Shown: positions 17,290-29,612, counted from the stretch's first letter. The stretch is 64,000 nt of DNA from Epithemia pelagica (GCA_946965045.2 OX337233.1:2852001-2916000), one strand, 5' to 3'. Made by a program: numbers and translations. Notes: a model not told the origin generated them from the letters alone.

Positions 17290-20209
17290 ATGCAAGGAAG
17301 GGAAATGGCTTCCGGATTCCGGACTCAAGCCTTGCCTCAATTCTGCCGGAGAAAAGCTGAGTTGGACCCGTTCAATGTTGCGATTAACCAAGAGGGGATG
17401 TCAGATGTCAGCAATCAAAACCATCAAAGGGTGTTTCACCCAATCAAGCATTTGACTATAACGACGGCACGAGATCCAATGGAACGATTAATCCTATCTG
17501 CAGAAGACCCAGACCATTTCGAACAAGACCAGCTTGATCGGTTAGTGATCAGCGTCCCTGAAATCGAAGTTACTCTTCCACAACATGTTTCACTTCAGGA
17601 TGAAGAGGAAATCAAGCAAATTGTTTGGGAGACCCAAAGAGAAGCAATTCTCCAATCGATGATTCTCCACCCTAAAGGACACAAAACAGAATTGGAAAAG
17701 GCCAAACAACGCCTCCTACTTCTGGATCAAATATCGGAAGTGCAAAGACAATTCTTGCAGAAAAAAGAGGTACGACTTTTATAACCATGTCATTTTCTTC
17801 TATAATTGGGTGACTCATAATGGCATTCTCAACTCGATTCAAAACCAGCCACGGGCAGTTTTTGGATATCTCCTTACATCCATTCTGGACCTCATGGATT
17901 CTGAGTATGGTTTCATAGGCCAAATAAAGCACGATGAAGATGGAACCATGTACCTGCAAGCTCATGCTATCACAAATATTGCCTGGAACGAGGCCACAAG
18001 AGAGTTTTACCGTCAAAACGAGGAGACAGGACTGAGATTTTACAATCAGGAGACTTTGTTCGGCCATGTCATGGTGCACGCTGAGCCCGTTATCGCAAAC
18101 TCGCCCTCCAGTGATCCTCGGGCTGGTGGTATTCCAGAGGGACACCCGCCACTCAATCACTTCCTTGGCATACCATTTTTTGAGCCAGGGGGCAAAAAGA
18201 TGAATGGAATGGTTGGTATTGCCAACAAGCCAGGCGGATATACTCAAGATCACGTCAAGTTCTTGGAACCTTTCACAGTAACCTGTAGCAACTTGATTCA
18301 GGCGTACGGAGCATTTGAAGAGAATGTTCGGCTCATTGATACACTCGAGGAAAAGGTCAAGGAGCGCACCTCTGAGTTAGAAATGGCCAATAAACGCCTC
18401 GAAAATGCCAACCGGCAGATGGCTGAGGCCTCGGCAGCCCAACTCAAGAATTTTGCTTGCATGAGCCACGAAATTCGCACTCCATTGAATTGTGTGGTTG
18501 GACTGTCAAGTCTCTTGCTTGATTCAGACCTTACTCCGCAACAAAGCGATTCGATGCGCATGATCGTGAGCAGCGGAGAACTCTTATCAGCAATTGTCAA
18601 TGATGTTCTCGACTATTCCAAATTGATAAGCGGAAACGTGGACGTTGATGTTCAACCGACAGATCTTCAACGTACAATTGACCCTGTTGTTTGCTCCATT
18701 GATGTCAAAGCCAGTGAGTTGAATTCGAAGCTCCGCACATACTACGACCCACTCGTGCCAACAGTCGTGGATACAGACGGACGGAGACTGCAGCAGATTC
18801 TCTATAATCTTCTCGGCAACGCCATCAAGTTCAGCAAAAGCAATGGCATTGTGGAGTTCTCCTTGAAGGTTGTTGAACGGATAGTCGAGAAGAATGGAGG
18901 TCTCATCATGACATCAACTGATTACATGCCGACAAATGAGAGCCCAATTCAAGATGATACACTGGATCAATCCGAGACTTCCACAAGATGCCCTTTCCAT
19001 AAGCCCAAAGCTAACCGGAAAGAAACGGCCACAAGATGCCCTTTCCATAAGCCCAAAGCTAACCGAAAAGAAACGGCAACCTGCAATGAAGGCGGCGTTC
19101 TCCAAAGAGACCATGAAAATGGCAAAAAAGCCAAATTCTTGCGTTTCACGGTGAAAGATTACGGTAAAGGAATCGACTCAGCGGATTTTAGCAAGATCTT
19201 CAAACCCTTTATGCAGGCAAGTGGAGAAACAGAAAAGCTCTATGGAGGGACAGGCCTTGGTTTGGCCATCACCTCGAAGCTCGTTGAAGCGCTTGGAGGC
19301 ACAATATCGCTCGATAGCAAGCTCGGGGAATGGTCAACATTCAGCGTTGACATTCCCTTATCGCGGGATAGAGCCGATATCAATGCTATGTCAGATTCGA
19401 TGAAAGATACCCGAATCATGGTCGTCAATAGAGATAAAAACCTGGGACTGTCGCCCATTGTTGTCGAAACATACCGGCTGAACGTGACGGAGCTCAACGG
19501 TTGTAATGAGCTCAAGATTCTTAGTGAAGTCAAGGGTGGGATTGACCCAAACCGGAATTATCTGTGCTTGATCCATGAAGAATTATATGATGCAAAGGAC
19601 CTTGCTGTATTCGCCACTGCTGCTCCAGGAACGACAATATTCACTTTTGGTCCCAAATATTGTGTCAAAGATACCTTATCGAGAGGACACTATCGGTCCC
19701 TCATGCATTTGTTGCCAGCTTCTTTCATCAGCTCTGTGATAAGCCAAACCTCGGGCAAAGCTGTAGATCAAAGCACCATTGTCGAAGCACTCCCTCAAGT
19801 CGAAAAATGTTCTCAATTGAAAGTATTGATTGCTGAAGATAACACAATTAATCAAAAGGTCCTCAAAAGGTTGCTCAACAGAGCTGGAATCAACAATGTT
19901 GATATTGTGGAAAATGGACAAGAGGCAGTTGATGCCACTGCACAAGGAGATTATGACTTGGTTTTGATGGATATGCAGATGCCAGTGATGGATGGCATTG
20001 AGGCCACTCAACTAATATTGCAACAAAACGATGGGGCAAGTCCACGGCCCAAGATTGTTTTCGTTACGGCGAATGCGATGGGGAGTTTTGAACAACAGGT
20101 CAAAGACATTGGAGCGTCAGGGTTCATTGCAAAACCCTTCAGTTTGGAAAAGATGCAGAAGTTTCTTGCTTCCTTTCTCGAAGGACTGGATCACTTTTTC
20201 ACTACCTGA
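17290..20209 (+). CDS. Hybrid sensor histidine kinase (GAF, HisKA, HATPase_c, receiver); intron 17770-17848; start at 17290 or 17398
   Basis: A phase-0 GTACGA...AACCAG intron joins QKKE to PRAVFGYLL. H-box MSHEIRTPLN, N-box LLGNAIKF, G boxes DYGKGI and GTGLGL, receiver LMDMQMPVMDG. Confidence 0.92.
18981..19077 (+). repeat. 48-bp in-frame tandem duplication inside the kinase ATPase domain
   Basis: CCACAAGATGCCCTTTCCATAAGCCCAAAGCTAACCG at 18981 and 19029, encoding TRCPFHKPKANRKETA twice. Confidence 0.95.
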
Positions 20210-21033
20210 AAGTCCAAAGTAGTACCTGATTCTTGGGTAGGCATACGGATCTCAAGGAAAAATATGGCCTTTTGATAACTCAGTGATTTCTGTTCATTCT
20301 TTGTGTACCACAACCTTCGAGAAAGTGGAAGGCTCTCTGTGTTACCACACCGTGACCAGTTTATCTCGTTCGTGTCACGTGGACTTTGGGGTTCACACAC
20401 CAAGTCGAAGGTCATTTTGCTTCTCTTTTATTTGCCGCGGGATGCTACGGATACAAAATTAGTTCCAGGGACAGTGCGAGATCGAGTTCGTCTAATTCAA
20501 AATCATGTTGCTATTAATGGGGTGAACGGCATGTCCAAGGTTTTGTCATTTGATAGGAGGACTCGGTAACCACCAAATCCACCATCGCAAAGGACTCTTG
20601 ATTTGTTTGCCACCACATGGCGAAATAGATGGTAAGGTGAGAGACAGGCAAAGGTTTCTTTTTTGAGGAACCTATCAAGGTCGGTAGTGCTGGACACACT
20701 TGTAAGACAGACAAAGAAAAACGTAGGAGACATGAAAAGATAATCACATTTTCATGTTCCTATAGTGTGCGTTTCCGACATAAATGTACGATTTATGACT
20801 TTTATTAGTTAATGGCTTAAAGCAGCAGAGGCCCAGTAGAGAGTAAACTGTTCCCAATGGCGACGTCGTCATACTCTCTCTTTGGCCCTCCTCCAAACGG
20901 CTCCATAGACTTGGGTAGTCCCGTGTCAGCATTCAGCAAAGTAATGCTTAATTTTCGGGAAGGGTTGGAATGACAATCGTTCAACCGCGTCATAGATTTG
21001 TCCCTCGGTGCGCCGATGGTCCCCTTGTGGTTA

Positions 21034-21465
21034 TCAAGGCAAATTCAAAACTTTGAAGAACGCCAAGCACCAGAACAGGACATTGGATAGTAAATAACCT
21101 TTGAACATGCATGCCCATAGCCACAGATCGTTCAAGTCTGACTTTTGGACAACAACAGCTAGTTTGGAGGCACTCAATCCCAAGACAAGGTAAACGGGCA
21201 GAGCGTAATGGACAATTACCACTGCGATCGCTCCCAACGCAGCATACTTGGCATGCGCCAATGTCGCCACGGCTGTAAGTCCCATGGTATACTGCCGAAG
21301 TTCCTTCTTGACCCGATTCCCATCTTTCACCGAAACCTTGCAAAGTGCCCAGAGGCAAAGAAGGCTCGACTTCGTGGCAAGCGTTGCGTAGAGGACCGTC
21401 GTGGGATCCCTCACAAACCCAGTCCTGATGAGAGCTATCCACGAAAGCAAATGAAAAAGAGGCAT
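21034..21465 (-). CDS. Small multi-pass membrane protein (143 aa), paralogue A'
   Basis: MPLFH start; colinear and roughly half identical to 16508..16930. Confidence 0.75.
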   Translation of the reverse strand: MPLFHLLSWIALIRTGFVRDPTTVLYATLATKSSLLCLWALCKVSVKDGNRVKKELRQYTMGLTAVATLAHAKYAALGAIAVVIVHYALPVYLVLGLSASKLAVVVQKSDLNDLWLWACMFKGYLLSNVLFWCLAFFKVLNLP

Positions 21466-21670
21466 GAACCTGAAAGCAAGCTCAGCATTGATTGATCTTC
21501 TTCCTCGACCTGTAGTTCCACATTCTTCTCGTAGTTTGGTCGTGCAAAAGCTGCCAAGAGGAATATTCGGCCAAGCCTAAAAACCATTAAAGAAAAGGGA
21601 TACGACGAAGATCTAGGATTGTGTTGATCGTCCAATCAGAAACACATGTCGCCTCCTATTTTGGGGTTTT

Positions 21671-24600
21671 CTATTCTCGAAAGCTCATAAGTCGACCTCG
21701 ATGGTGTGCTTCTCCGAGACCGCCGACAGAGTGCCGATACACAACCGGTTCGATTGTCCCGTCGTAGTACCGTCGATCAGTCGCTGTCAGTGAGATTGCA
21801 GCAGACGTTGCCGAAGCAGTGCCTCCCGAAGAATTTGATTGAGAAGAAGAAGCGGCAGCCCGTCGTCGGCTACGCAAACGTTCCATTGTTTGTTTTAAAC
21901 CACCTTCGTTGATTTTTCTGGATGAAGAAAGTGTGTGAGGCTCGAAAACAATGCCACCAGCACCGCTTTCAATCAACATGGTTCCATCCTCCGAAGAGGT
22001 AATTTCGTCCCCAAGTGGTTCTGTCGTATGAGCCGGAGTTGCTTTGAGCACGAGTCCGGCCCGCTCACTTTTCATTAACCCAATGTCTTCATGAAAGACA
22101 TCGGCAGCCTTCCGGAATAGATTGAGCTCAAAACCGTATGTATCCAACAGACTCATAACCATTTCACGTAGTTCACCGAGTCGACTTCCTGAATGGTCAG
22201 ATGTAACTTTACGAACCAAATCAAGCAACGGCACATTGGAAACCATGCGTTGCATGGTCAATCGCAGAAGGTCATTTAACACACTTTCCATCATGCGTGC
22301 ATGGTCTCGTTGTTCATTGGCTAGCCGAAGAAATCCTTTGGCATTAATCAATCGGTCCAAGACATTAAACCAAAGCTGTGACCCATGCTCCGTCTGAGTT
22401 GCATTGTAGGATCCTGAGTTGCGCTCACAGAGATCTAATGCCACAACAAGGATTCGTCGGACACCCTCAACTTCTTTTTCTTGCTTGCTCGGTAAAGGAT
22501 GTATACCTGATATGATCCCTTTTAGCTCCCCTCCACTTCCTAAGCGCATACTCGATGCCAAGCTAGAGCGGTGAAAGAGTCCCACTTCCAAACCTCTTAG
22601 TGTTCGCTTCAGTGCCATTAAACGCCCTTCCAGAGTCTGAAGAATCAGCTGTAGCGCACTCGATATGTTGCCCATGCGCTCCAACAAGTATGCCGATGCG
22701 TCAGCGATTTGATACTCTTCACATAGCTTGAGTGCATCTTCTGCCCTGTAGTTGTCATGTGTGGAGAGGTAATCATAGACATTCTCTGGGTGAAGCTTGG
22801 CCATAAGAGATAGATATTTGAGATGATGACTCATACTCGGGTTCAAAACACTTCCCGCGACAGGATCCAGTTCCAGCAATTCGCCGGAAACAATGGCTTG
22901 TAAGAATAAATATTGCGCTTCTCCTCCGTCGCTATCAGCATCCAATGCTTCTACCACGACATCGAGATCCTCCACAAAGAGTTCCGCAACCAGCCGCGCG
23001 GTTCGAAGAGCATCCAATCGGACCAATCGCCGCATTCTCGAGTAGACGGCAAGTGCCAGAGTCCGCTGCGGTCCTCCCGCTTTGTTACCGTCGGCATCGC
23101 TTCGCACACCCGTGCATTCTTTGCGAATGTACTCAAACACTTCGAAACGAAAGTCGGGGTCATCGTCGTCGATGAAACAGTCAATAGCACTGCAAAAGTG
23201 ATGAGCGCGTAATTTCAGGGCGGACGCTGATTCACTCGAGTCGCCGTCCTGCGATTGCCACGAAGATGAGGCCACTTGTTGGTGCAACAAAAGAGCGGCA
23301 CGATGGATTCCAGCCTTTTCAATCAATGCCAGTACCTTGTCCGGTTCGTAGGACTCGCGCGGCAAGGCAGACAATAGCTCCATGATGCTCGTTTGTGCTG
23401 TCCTTCGCAATACTGCATGCGGTGCATTGACAAACCGATCTGCAATACGTTGAACAATCAACAGGGCGAGGGATTTGGGAACTCTTACCAACCCTCGTGT
23501 AATATATTTTGCAGTGAAATCCAGAAAAGCACTCTTGGCTTGTCGAGATTTGAGCAATTTGACGTGTTCCATGGGAAACTCGCTTAATTCCGGCATGATC
23601 AAGTTGGATAATAGATCCACAAATTCTTGTTCGGATGGATAGGGAACGCTTGAATTCCTTCCTTCATCTTGCTGCTGCTCGAGGTCGTACGCATTTCGTG
23701 CGTTCAGAGCGTCGGAAATCGTTTCCAACAAGAGCCCTGGGTCAACTTGAAGCAACAATCTCATATACGGGTAAAGGTAGGATCGATGACCCAAGGAAGC
23801 GGCCGCTGCCGCTCCAGCTTTGCGACGAGGAGCATGATCTGGAGCCTTGTATTCATCTTGCGTCAAGAACCTTAACAATTCAGGCTTGACCGACGCTTGC
23901 CGTTCTTCGGGTAGTATGGGTTCTTCTTTGGGAAAGCTTTTCCCTTGGAAACAAAATCGTAGATACAGAATGGCCTTGTATCCAAACTTGTCAAAATCGT
24001 TTTGGAGTCGACCTCGATCGCCGTTCCGGGTCGAGCGTCTAAGCAATGCGTTTCCATTGTCGGCTTCATCAAATACGCGTTCCAATAACATTTGGAGGGG
24101 ACTCACGTAATCGTCTAATCCTTGATTAAACACAAAGAACATGGCCGAATACATGTCGTTGTTGCGAAGGAGGGCAATGATTGAATCAAAATCCATAATG
24201 GTACAATCCATATGGAGCAAACACCGTTCCACCGTGGCAACACCATTGTTGGATTTGCAGTGTTCGACAAAGAAGGACATGACTTCTGGTGCCATGTAAA
24301 ACAAACGATCATTCAACACATAGGGTTCCAGTACATCCAAAAAGACCGAGAGGTACCCGACGGTCTGAAATCGTCGAAAAATGGGGCCAAAGAGCAAATC
24401 CAGTCGTTTCGTGGTGACACAATACTCGACGCAGACTCCGGCCAACATTTGAAAATGCGATTGCGCTAGGTTGATGCGTGCTCGACCATTGCCAATGGGC
24501 AACAAATTATCCTCGGGAGAAGTCGAGTTGGGAGCATTGTCAACCGCCAAGGCCAGATACCGTAGGAGCAATTTGGCAATCCACTCTTCGTCATCGTTTC

Positions 24601-27424
24601 CCGTCCCTTTGGAGGCGGCCGAAAACTCGGGATGTCTAGACAAGTCACGTTTCCGGCTCGGATCTCGTTTCCGATCTTCCTGACTCGCAAAGGTACCTTC
24701 GTAGTAATCCAAGGCCAATGCGAGTGCTTCGAGCCATTCACCGTCGGCTTCCAAACTAGAAATCCGTTGCTGGGCCCCAATCATGGATATTTGTCGCAAC
24801 TCATCTTGACACAGTACCATTAATCGTTGATCACTGCACCGGACACTGTTTTGGAAACTCGAACAGGAAATGGGCGCCACCCGTTGTTGTTGTTGCTGCT
24901 GTTGTGCCTCGACTTCTCCATTCTCACCACTCGCTTCCAATCGCGTCGCCGCGACACTTGCGGTCCGACTGAGTGAAAATTCGGCAAAGACGACGTGCAT
25001 GTCGGAAAAGTCGAGTCGTTCCAAAAGTGTCATGACCACAGTGTCCACGACCGTCAATTCATTGGTCAAGGTCAAATACACGAGGGATCGTTCACTCAGC
25101 CATTCCAGGGCCACGACCGGTGCTTCGGCATCAAATTCTTGTTGCATTCCAAAAGCCGGCCAATGAATATCGGAATCGTCCGATGATGGTTTGGTCGAAG
25201 TTTCTGCACCCGAGGGTTCTTCCAAGGTGGGAAAACTCGAGACGAGAATTTGGACACAACAGGCCCAGGATCGTGCCAACAAGGGGAGGGCGACATTGCC
25301 ACCTCCCACCGTCAAGGCCCATCCCCACGCCAAGCAGGGCAAAAAGACTGCCTCCTCCTCTTGCGGCAACGTCGTATCGGGTCCCATGCCGGCGGCAAAC
25401 TCGATGCGCTCTTGCGGTGGCTTGGACCATCGATGCAAGACACTGACGCGGGGTTCCACGGCCACGGCAAAGGACGATCGTTCCGACGACAAGGCAATGA
25501 GAGAGAGGGAGGACAAGGCTCGATTGAGAGATCGAGATCGCGATTTCAAATTGGCTCCCAATAAACCAAAGGGTTCGAGGACATTGACGGCCAAAATTTG
25601 TCCAGCCGTCCCATCCAACAAACATTCGGCATCCATGGAATAGGTGGACCAAATCAAATTCTTGTGAAAGGTTGCTTTGTTGACCAAACCGCCGGCATCG
25701 GCCGAAATGAGTTTCATATCGGCATAAAAGCGGACGGAAACAATGGGCGACGGATGCAAATCATCGACACTCCGTAAAATAGTTCCCCGAATGGTATCCC
25801 ACAAGACAATCATACCACTCCGGTATCCGACCGCACAACATTCACCATTCGAGGTCAAATCCAAGGACGTAATGGCACCCACCATGCGCATGCTACTACC
25901 GACAATTTGGTCATCGCTATTGGTATACGAGGCTCCCAGGCGTTGCCGTAAGGCTCCAAACAAATCGTAGACCAAGACAATGCCCAACTGCGTTCCAATG
26001 GCAATAAAGCGTGAATTAAAGGCCAAACAGGTCGGTAATCCACACTTGACCTTGGCATCCAAGGCGGCGTGTTTGTGTAAGGATTGACTAATTTCTTGCC
26101 AATTCTTATTCTCAATCAGACCAGACGTATGAAACCGTTGTTGCTGTTGTTGTTGTATGAGTACCGATGTCGACGAGGTGGATCGCAAGGCCGGAGGGCC
26201 CGATCGTGGTGGTACCGTCGCGTCTCCCACGGTTGGGTTCTTACTACTGGTGGTGGTACTAGTCGTCGAATGGCTCGTCGTGGATGCCCGTGGCGCGAGA
26301 GAAATTTTGGGTTTGAGACGACGCTTGACCATGAGAGGCGAAACAATGTCACGATGACCCGCCTTGAGCAATCGTCGTTCATAGGTTTGGGCGTGTTCCA
26401 AGGCTCGATGAGAGGCTTCTTCGTCCGTGTATTCTTGGTCGGCAGACGCTGCTCCCCGTCCTCCTCCCAGTCGGTGATCGTCCAACCGTCCACTGCTGTT
26501 GGTGTTGGTAGGTGGTGGAGGAGCATCTACGGGAGATGGTACTGCAGGATCGGAGGATTCCATTCTTCGTGAGGATGGCTCCAATCGAAGGGACAGGCGA
26601 CGAGGGGAGGAATCATGTTCGATATCGTCGTCATCATCTTCGGTGGATTGTGCCAACAAATGTTCCACATCGGGATGACTGGAATTTCTCAGGGAAGTGG
26701 GAGGAGGAGGATCGGATCGACGAGACAACGAGGCTTTTGTTGATCGCAGTTGAGATTCCATGGCGGGCAGGCCGGTACGAATGAGCAACTCCTTGTTGTG
26801 TTCCTCCTCCTCGGTATCCTCCTCCATGGCCAGGAGAAGATCGTCCTTCATACCATCATCGTCGTCTTCTCGTAAAATGGCTTGCAAGACGGCCCAATCT
26901 TCATCATTGTGAGCCGTGGAGGAATTGGCTTGGGTCAAAAACGAAGGGTTGTACTGGCTGCTGCTGGGTGTATATCCTCCATTGTTGGTGTGATGGTGTG
27001 ATTGTGCTGGTGGCGAGGAGGAGGAATAGGACGATGTGAGCAAGTGTGTGGCGGCTTCGCTATTGGTATTGTTGTTGTTTTTGTGATGAGAAAAGGCTGG
27101 ATGCGACGACGACATGTTCCAGGACGGTGACGAGGAGGATAAGGGTGTCGTCGGTGGAAGGGCCGGATCGTGATTCAACTCGTGATCGTCGTCCTCATCC
27201 TCCTCATCGTCATCTTCGCGCAAAATTTGTTCCAAATCAATGTCACCAACCACCAACTCACTGGTGTTGGAAAAATGATGGGTGCTGCTAGGCAGGGGAC
27301 TGGTCATCCACTCCATGCCGCTGTAACGAGACGACGAGGAAGGAGCAGGAGGAGCCACCAGACCATCCTCCTCCTCCTCGTCGGAGGAATCGGAAGAATT
27401 GAGAATGGCTTGCAAATCTGCCAT
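21671..27424 (-). CDS. VPS8: CORVET subunit Vps8
   Basis: 1917-aa intact ORF. WD40-like region (FIAIGTQLGIVLVYD), LAWGW, Vps8 domain (VFLDVLEPYVL...VERCLLHMD) and clathrin-like repeat (ASAYLLERMG). Confidence 0.92.
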   Translation of the reverse strand: MADLQAILNSSDSSDEEEEDGLVAPPAPSSSSRYSGMEWMTSPLPSSTHHFSNTSELVVGDIDLEQILREDDDEEDEDDDHELNHDPALPPTTPLSSSSPSWNMSSSHPAFSHHKNNNNTNSEAATHLLTSSYSSSSPPAQSHHHTNNGGYTPSSSQYNPSFLTQANSSTAHNDEDWAVLQAILREDDDDGMKDDLLLAMEEDTEEEEHNKELLIRTGLPAMESQLRSTKASLSRRSDPPPPTSLRNSSHPDVEHLLAQSTEDDDDDIEHDSSPRRLSLRLEPSSRRMESSDPAVPSPVDAPPPPTNTNSSGRLDDHRLGGGRGAASADQEYTDEEASHRALEHAQTYERRLLKAGHRDIVSPLMVKRRLKPKISLAPRASTTSHSTTSTTTSSKNPTVGDATVPPRSGPPALRSTSSTSVLIQQQQQQRFHTSGLIENKNWQEISQSLHKHAALDAKVKCGLPTCLAFNSRFIAIGTQLGIVLVYDLFGALRQRLGASYTNSDDQIVGSSMRMVGAITSLDLTSNGECCAVGYRSGMIVLWDTIRGTILRSVDDLHPSPIVSVRFYADMKLISADAGGLVNKATFHKNLIWSTYSMDAECLLDGTAGQILAVNVLEPFGLLGANLKSRSRSLNRALSSLSLIALSSERSSFAVAVEPRVSVLHRWSKPPQERIEFAAGMGPDTTLPQEEEAVFLPCLAWGWALTVGGGNVALPLLARSWACCVQILVSSFPTLEEPSGAETSTKPSSDDSDIHWPAFGMQQEFDAEAPVVALEWLSERSLVYLTLTNELTVVDTVVMTLLERLDFSDMHVVFAEFSLSRTASVAATRLEASGENGEVEAQQQQQQQRVAPISCSSFQNSVRCSDQRLMVLCQDELRQISMIGAQQRISSLEADGEWLEALALALDYYEGTFASQEDRKRDPSRKRDLSRHPEFSAASKGTGNDDEEWIAKLLLRYLALAVDNAPNSTSPEDNLLPIGNGRARINLAQSHFQMLAGVCVEYCVTTKRLDLLFGPIFRRFQTVGYLSVFLDVLEPYVLNDRLFYMAPEVMSFFVEHCKSNNGVATVERCLLHMDCTIMDFDSIIALLRNNDMYSAMFFVFNQGLDDYVSPLQMLLERVFDEADNGNALLRRSTRNGDRGRLQNDFDKFGYKAILYLRFCFQGKSFPKEEPILPEERQASVKPELLRFLTQDEYKAPDHAPRRKAGAAAAASLGHRSYLYPYMRLLLQVDPGLLLETISDALNARNAYDLEQQQDEGRNSSVPYPSEQEFVDLLSNLIMPELSEFPMEHVKLLKSRQAKSAFLDFTAKYITRGLVRVPKSLALLIVQRIADRFVNAPHAVLRRTAQTSIMELLSALPRESYEPDKVLALIEKAGIHRAALLLHQQVASSSWQSQDGDSSESASALKLRAHHFCSAIDCFIDDDDPDFRFEVFEYIRKECTGVRSDADGNKAGGPQRTLALAVYSRMRRLVRLDALRTARLVAELFVEDLDVVVEALDADSDGGEAQYLFLQAIVSGELLELDPVAGSVLNPSMSHHLKYLSLMAKLHPENVYDYLSTHDNYRAEDALKLCEEYQIADASAYLLERMGNISSALQLILQTLEGRLMALKRTLRGLEVGLFHRSSLASSMRLGSGGELKGIISGIHPLPSKQEKEVEGVRRILVVALDLCERNSGSYNATQTEHGSQLWFNVLDRLINAKGFLRLANEQRDHARMMESVLNDLLRLTMQRMVSNVPLLDLVRKVTSDHSGSRLGELREMVMSLLDTYGFELNLFRKAADVFHEDIGLMKSERAGLVLKATPAHTTEPLGDEITSSEDGTMLIESGAGGIVFEPHTLSSSRKINEGGLKQTMERLRSRRRAAASSSQSNSSGGTASATSAAISLTATDRRYYDGTIEPVVYRHSVGGLGEAHHRGRLMSFRE

Positions 27425-27738
27425 GATCGATGATGATGATGATCAATCACTACTACAGGTTCCAATTAATCGAGGGAACGAATGTAGATTGGAGTTGGAT
27501 CACAGCGAGCGATACACGAGGAGAGAGGAAGAGCTTGTGGCGCATTGTCCGTTCTCTTCGCCGTGCCAAAACAGCGAGAGATGTCGCGATTCGGTCGGTT
27601 GGGCGCGCATGACAGGCTCTAGTGTCACGAAATAATTACGCGACTGGATCGGCATGTGGACCATGACACCATGACAGAATTGTAAACTAAAAAAAAAACC
27701 TGTTGTTGGGTTTGCGAAATGGCTGTTTGTGTTTGAGT

Positions 27739-27742
<4 letters not shown>

Positions 27743-27783
<41 letters not shown>

Positions 27784-27794
27784 TGTGTGTGTGT
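27743..27794 (+). repeat. Compound microsatellite (GA)19(GT)7 in the VPS8/TatD divergent promoter
   Basis: Read directly from the sequence. Confidence 0.97.
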
Positions 27795-27853
27795 GAGCTG
27801 TGTAGAAACTAAACGACAGTCCCAACCGCAACACAACCAAAAGACATATTACA

Positions 27854-29110
27854 ATGGTGGTCCTTCCCTTTGATGCCCACAATCATGTGCATATGGGTCC
27901 CTCTCCTCCCCAACTGGCTTGGTCGTCCTCGGGTGCTTGGCAACCACCAAAGGAAGATGCTATTGACAGTAGCAACAGCAGTAGCAGCAACAGTTTGGAA
28001 CCAGCCTTGAGTGGAATGGCGCTCATGTCCACGCACCCACGTGATTTTCCGCGGGTCCAATCCTTGGCGCAAACCTTGCCACACCATCCTGTCGCAACAG
28101 GGCACTCCACTCCGGAGGAGTCCACACCCTTCGTCGCCACCACCACCACCACCAAGCCTCTTGTGGTACCCTGTTATGGGGTTCATCCTTGGTTCCTGCA
28201 TGAACTCTCGGTCGACGATTGGGCACCCATCAGCACAACCTCCGATGGGGATCCCACGACTGACGCGCCTGGGGATCCTCTGGTTCCTTTGTCGTCGTCT
28301 CCCCATTGGTTGACCGAATTGGAACAGTACTTGAGAGCGGATCCTCACGCCATTGTTGGTGAAATTGGATTGGATGGCTTTCATTACCATGCCACGACCA
28401 AGGAATTGACGACGCCCCTGCCGGTCCAACTCCAAGCCTTGGAATGGCAATTGCACCTGGCCCATGCGTACCAACGACCCGTGAGTGTGCATGCCGTCCA
28501 CTGCATGGGACCTCTCTTGTCTTGTTTGACCAAATTTCGTAAGATCCACCAATTGCCCCCCAAACTCTACTTTCATGCCTTTGGAGGCAAGGTGGGGACC
28601 GTCGATCAACTCCTGGTCGCGTGTGGGGACAAACCATCCAAGCACGACAGCAAACCAACAACATTCGCAAAGAAGCAAGGGACGGACACTCTTGCCACTA
28701 CTCCACAGGAGCAGCCACCACGACAACAACGACCCAAACCACGCGTGTATTTTGGATTTGCCCCCATTGTTAGTAAGTGTCCAACATGTGTGCGTGTGTC
28801 CTATCCTCCTGTGTGCCCACTCCACCAACCTTACACACCACATTCTTGATTCCTCCATTGCTCGTGCCTCTTTTTTCGGAACACAGATTTTCGTTCGCCG
28901 TCCAAAACCCGGCACGTCGCCCTTAAGGTGGGATTGGAACGAATCTTGTTGGAAACGGATCATGAAAATGCCGCACGGGTACCTGCTTCTATGCAACACG
29001 GCATTGCCTTTTTGGCCAATTGTTTCCAAGTCCCCGAACAGGTCATTGTCGAACAAACGACCCAAAATGCGCTCGACTTTTATTCGTTGGGCGCCGATGC
29101 AACACCATGA
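27854..29110 (+). CDS. TatD-family DNase; intron 28773-28886
   Basis: DAHNH, GEIGLDG, SVHAVH, YFHAF. A GTAAGT...CACAG intron (phase 1) joins FAPIV to NFRSPSKT...ILLETD. Confidence 0.9.
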
Positions 29111-29310
29111 CTAGGTAGTGTTCCGGACAAGAAGGAATACGGGTGAAAACTCTCAACAAGCCTATACTACCATGGCATTTGCCCAAGAACAGGGGGTGGA
29201 GATCGCACCCACGAGGAACTAATTCACTGCCATGGCTCATATTGTTGTCTTCCTATGCGCTGTGTCGTCACGTCTTTTTTCCTCATGTCAGAGTGACACA
29301 AGGCCTTTTT

Positions 29311-29388
29311 CAACGACACGTACAAAAAGAGTGAATTGAAGGAACTAGCTCAATGACACGTACAAAAAGACTTAATGGAAGGAACTAG
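29311..29388 (+). repeat. Imperfect 40-bp tandem duplication in the convergent TatD/POL5 3' region
   Basis: CAA(C/T)GACACGTACAAAAAGA...GAAGGAACTAG at 29311 and 29351. Confidence 0.88.
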
Positions 29389-29612
29389 GAAAAGTTGGGG
29401 ACAAGATCATGCGGAAAATGAGAAATCTATCGAACGCTCAAGCCATTTCAGTTTTATCGCTTTGGGGCGACCCATTCCTCCAAGCGGTGGCGCAGCACCA
29501 CTGCCATAAAAGTCCTGGAATGAGACGGGAACATAAAAAGGCCTTTCTACTACATTCAAGAAAGGAGAAGCTCTGTATGTTCGGCTCGGTCATGCATGTC
29601 GACGACACGAGT

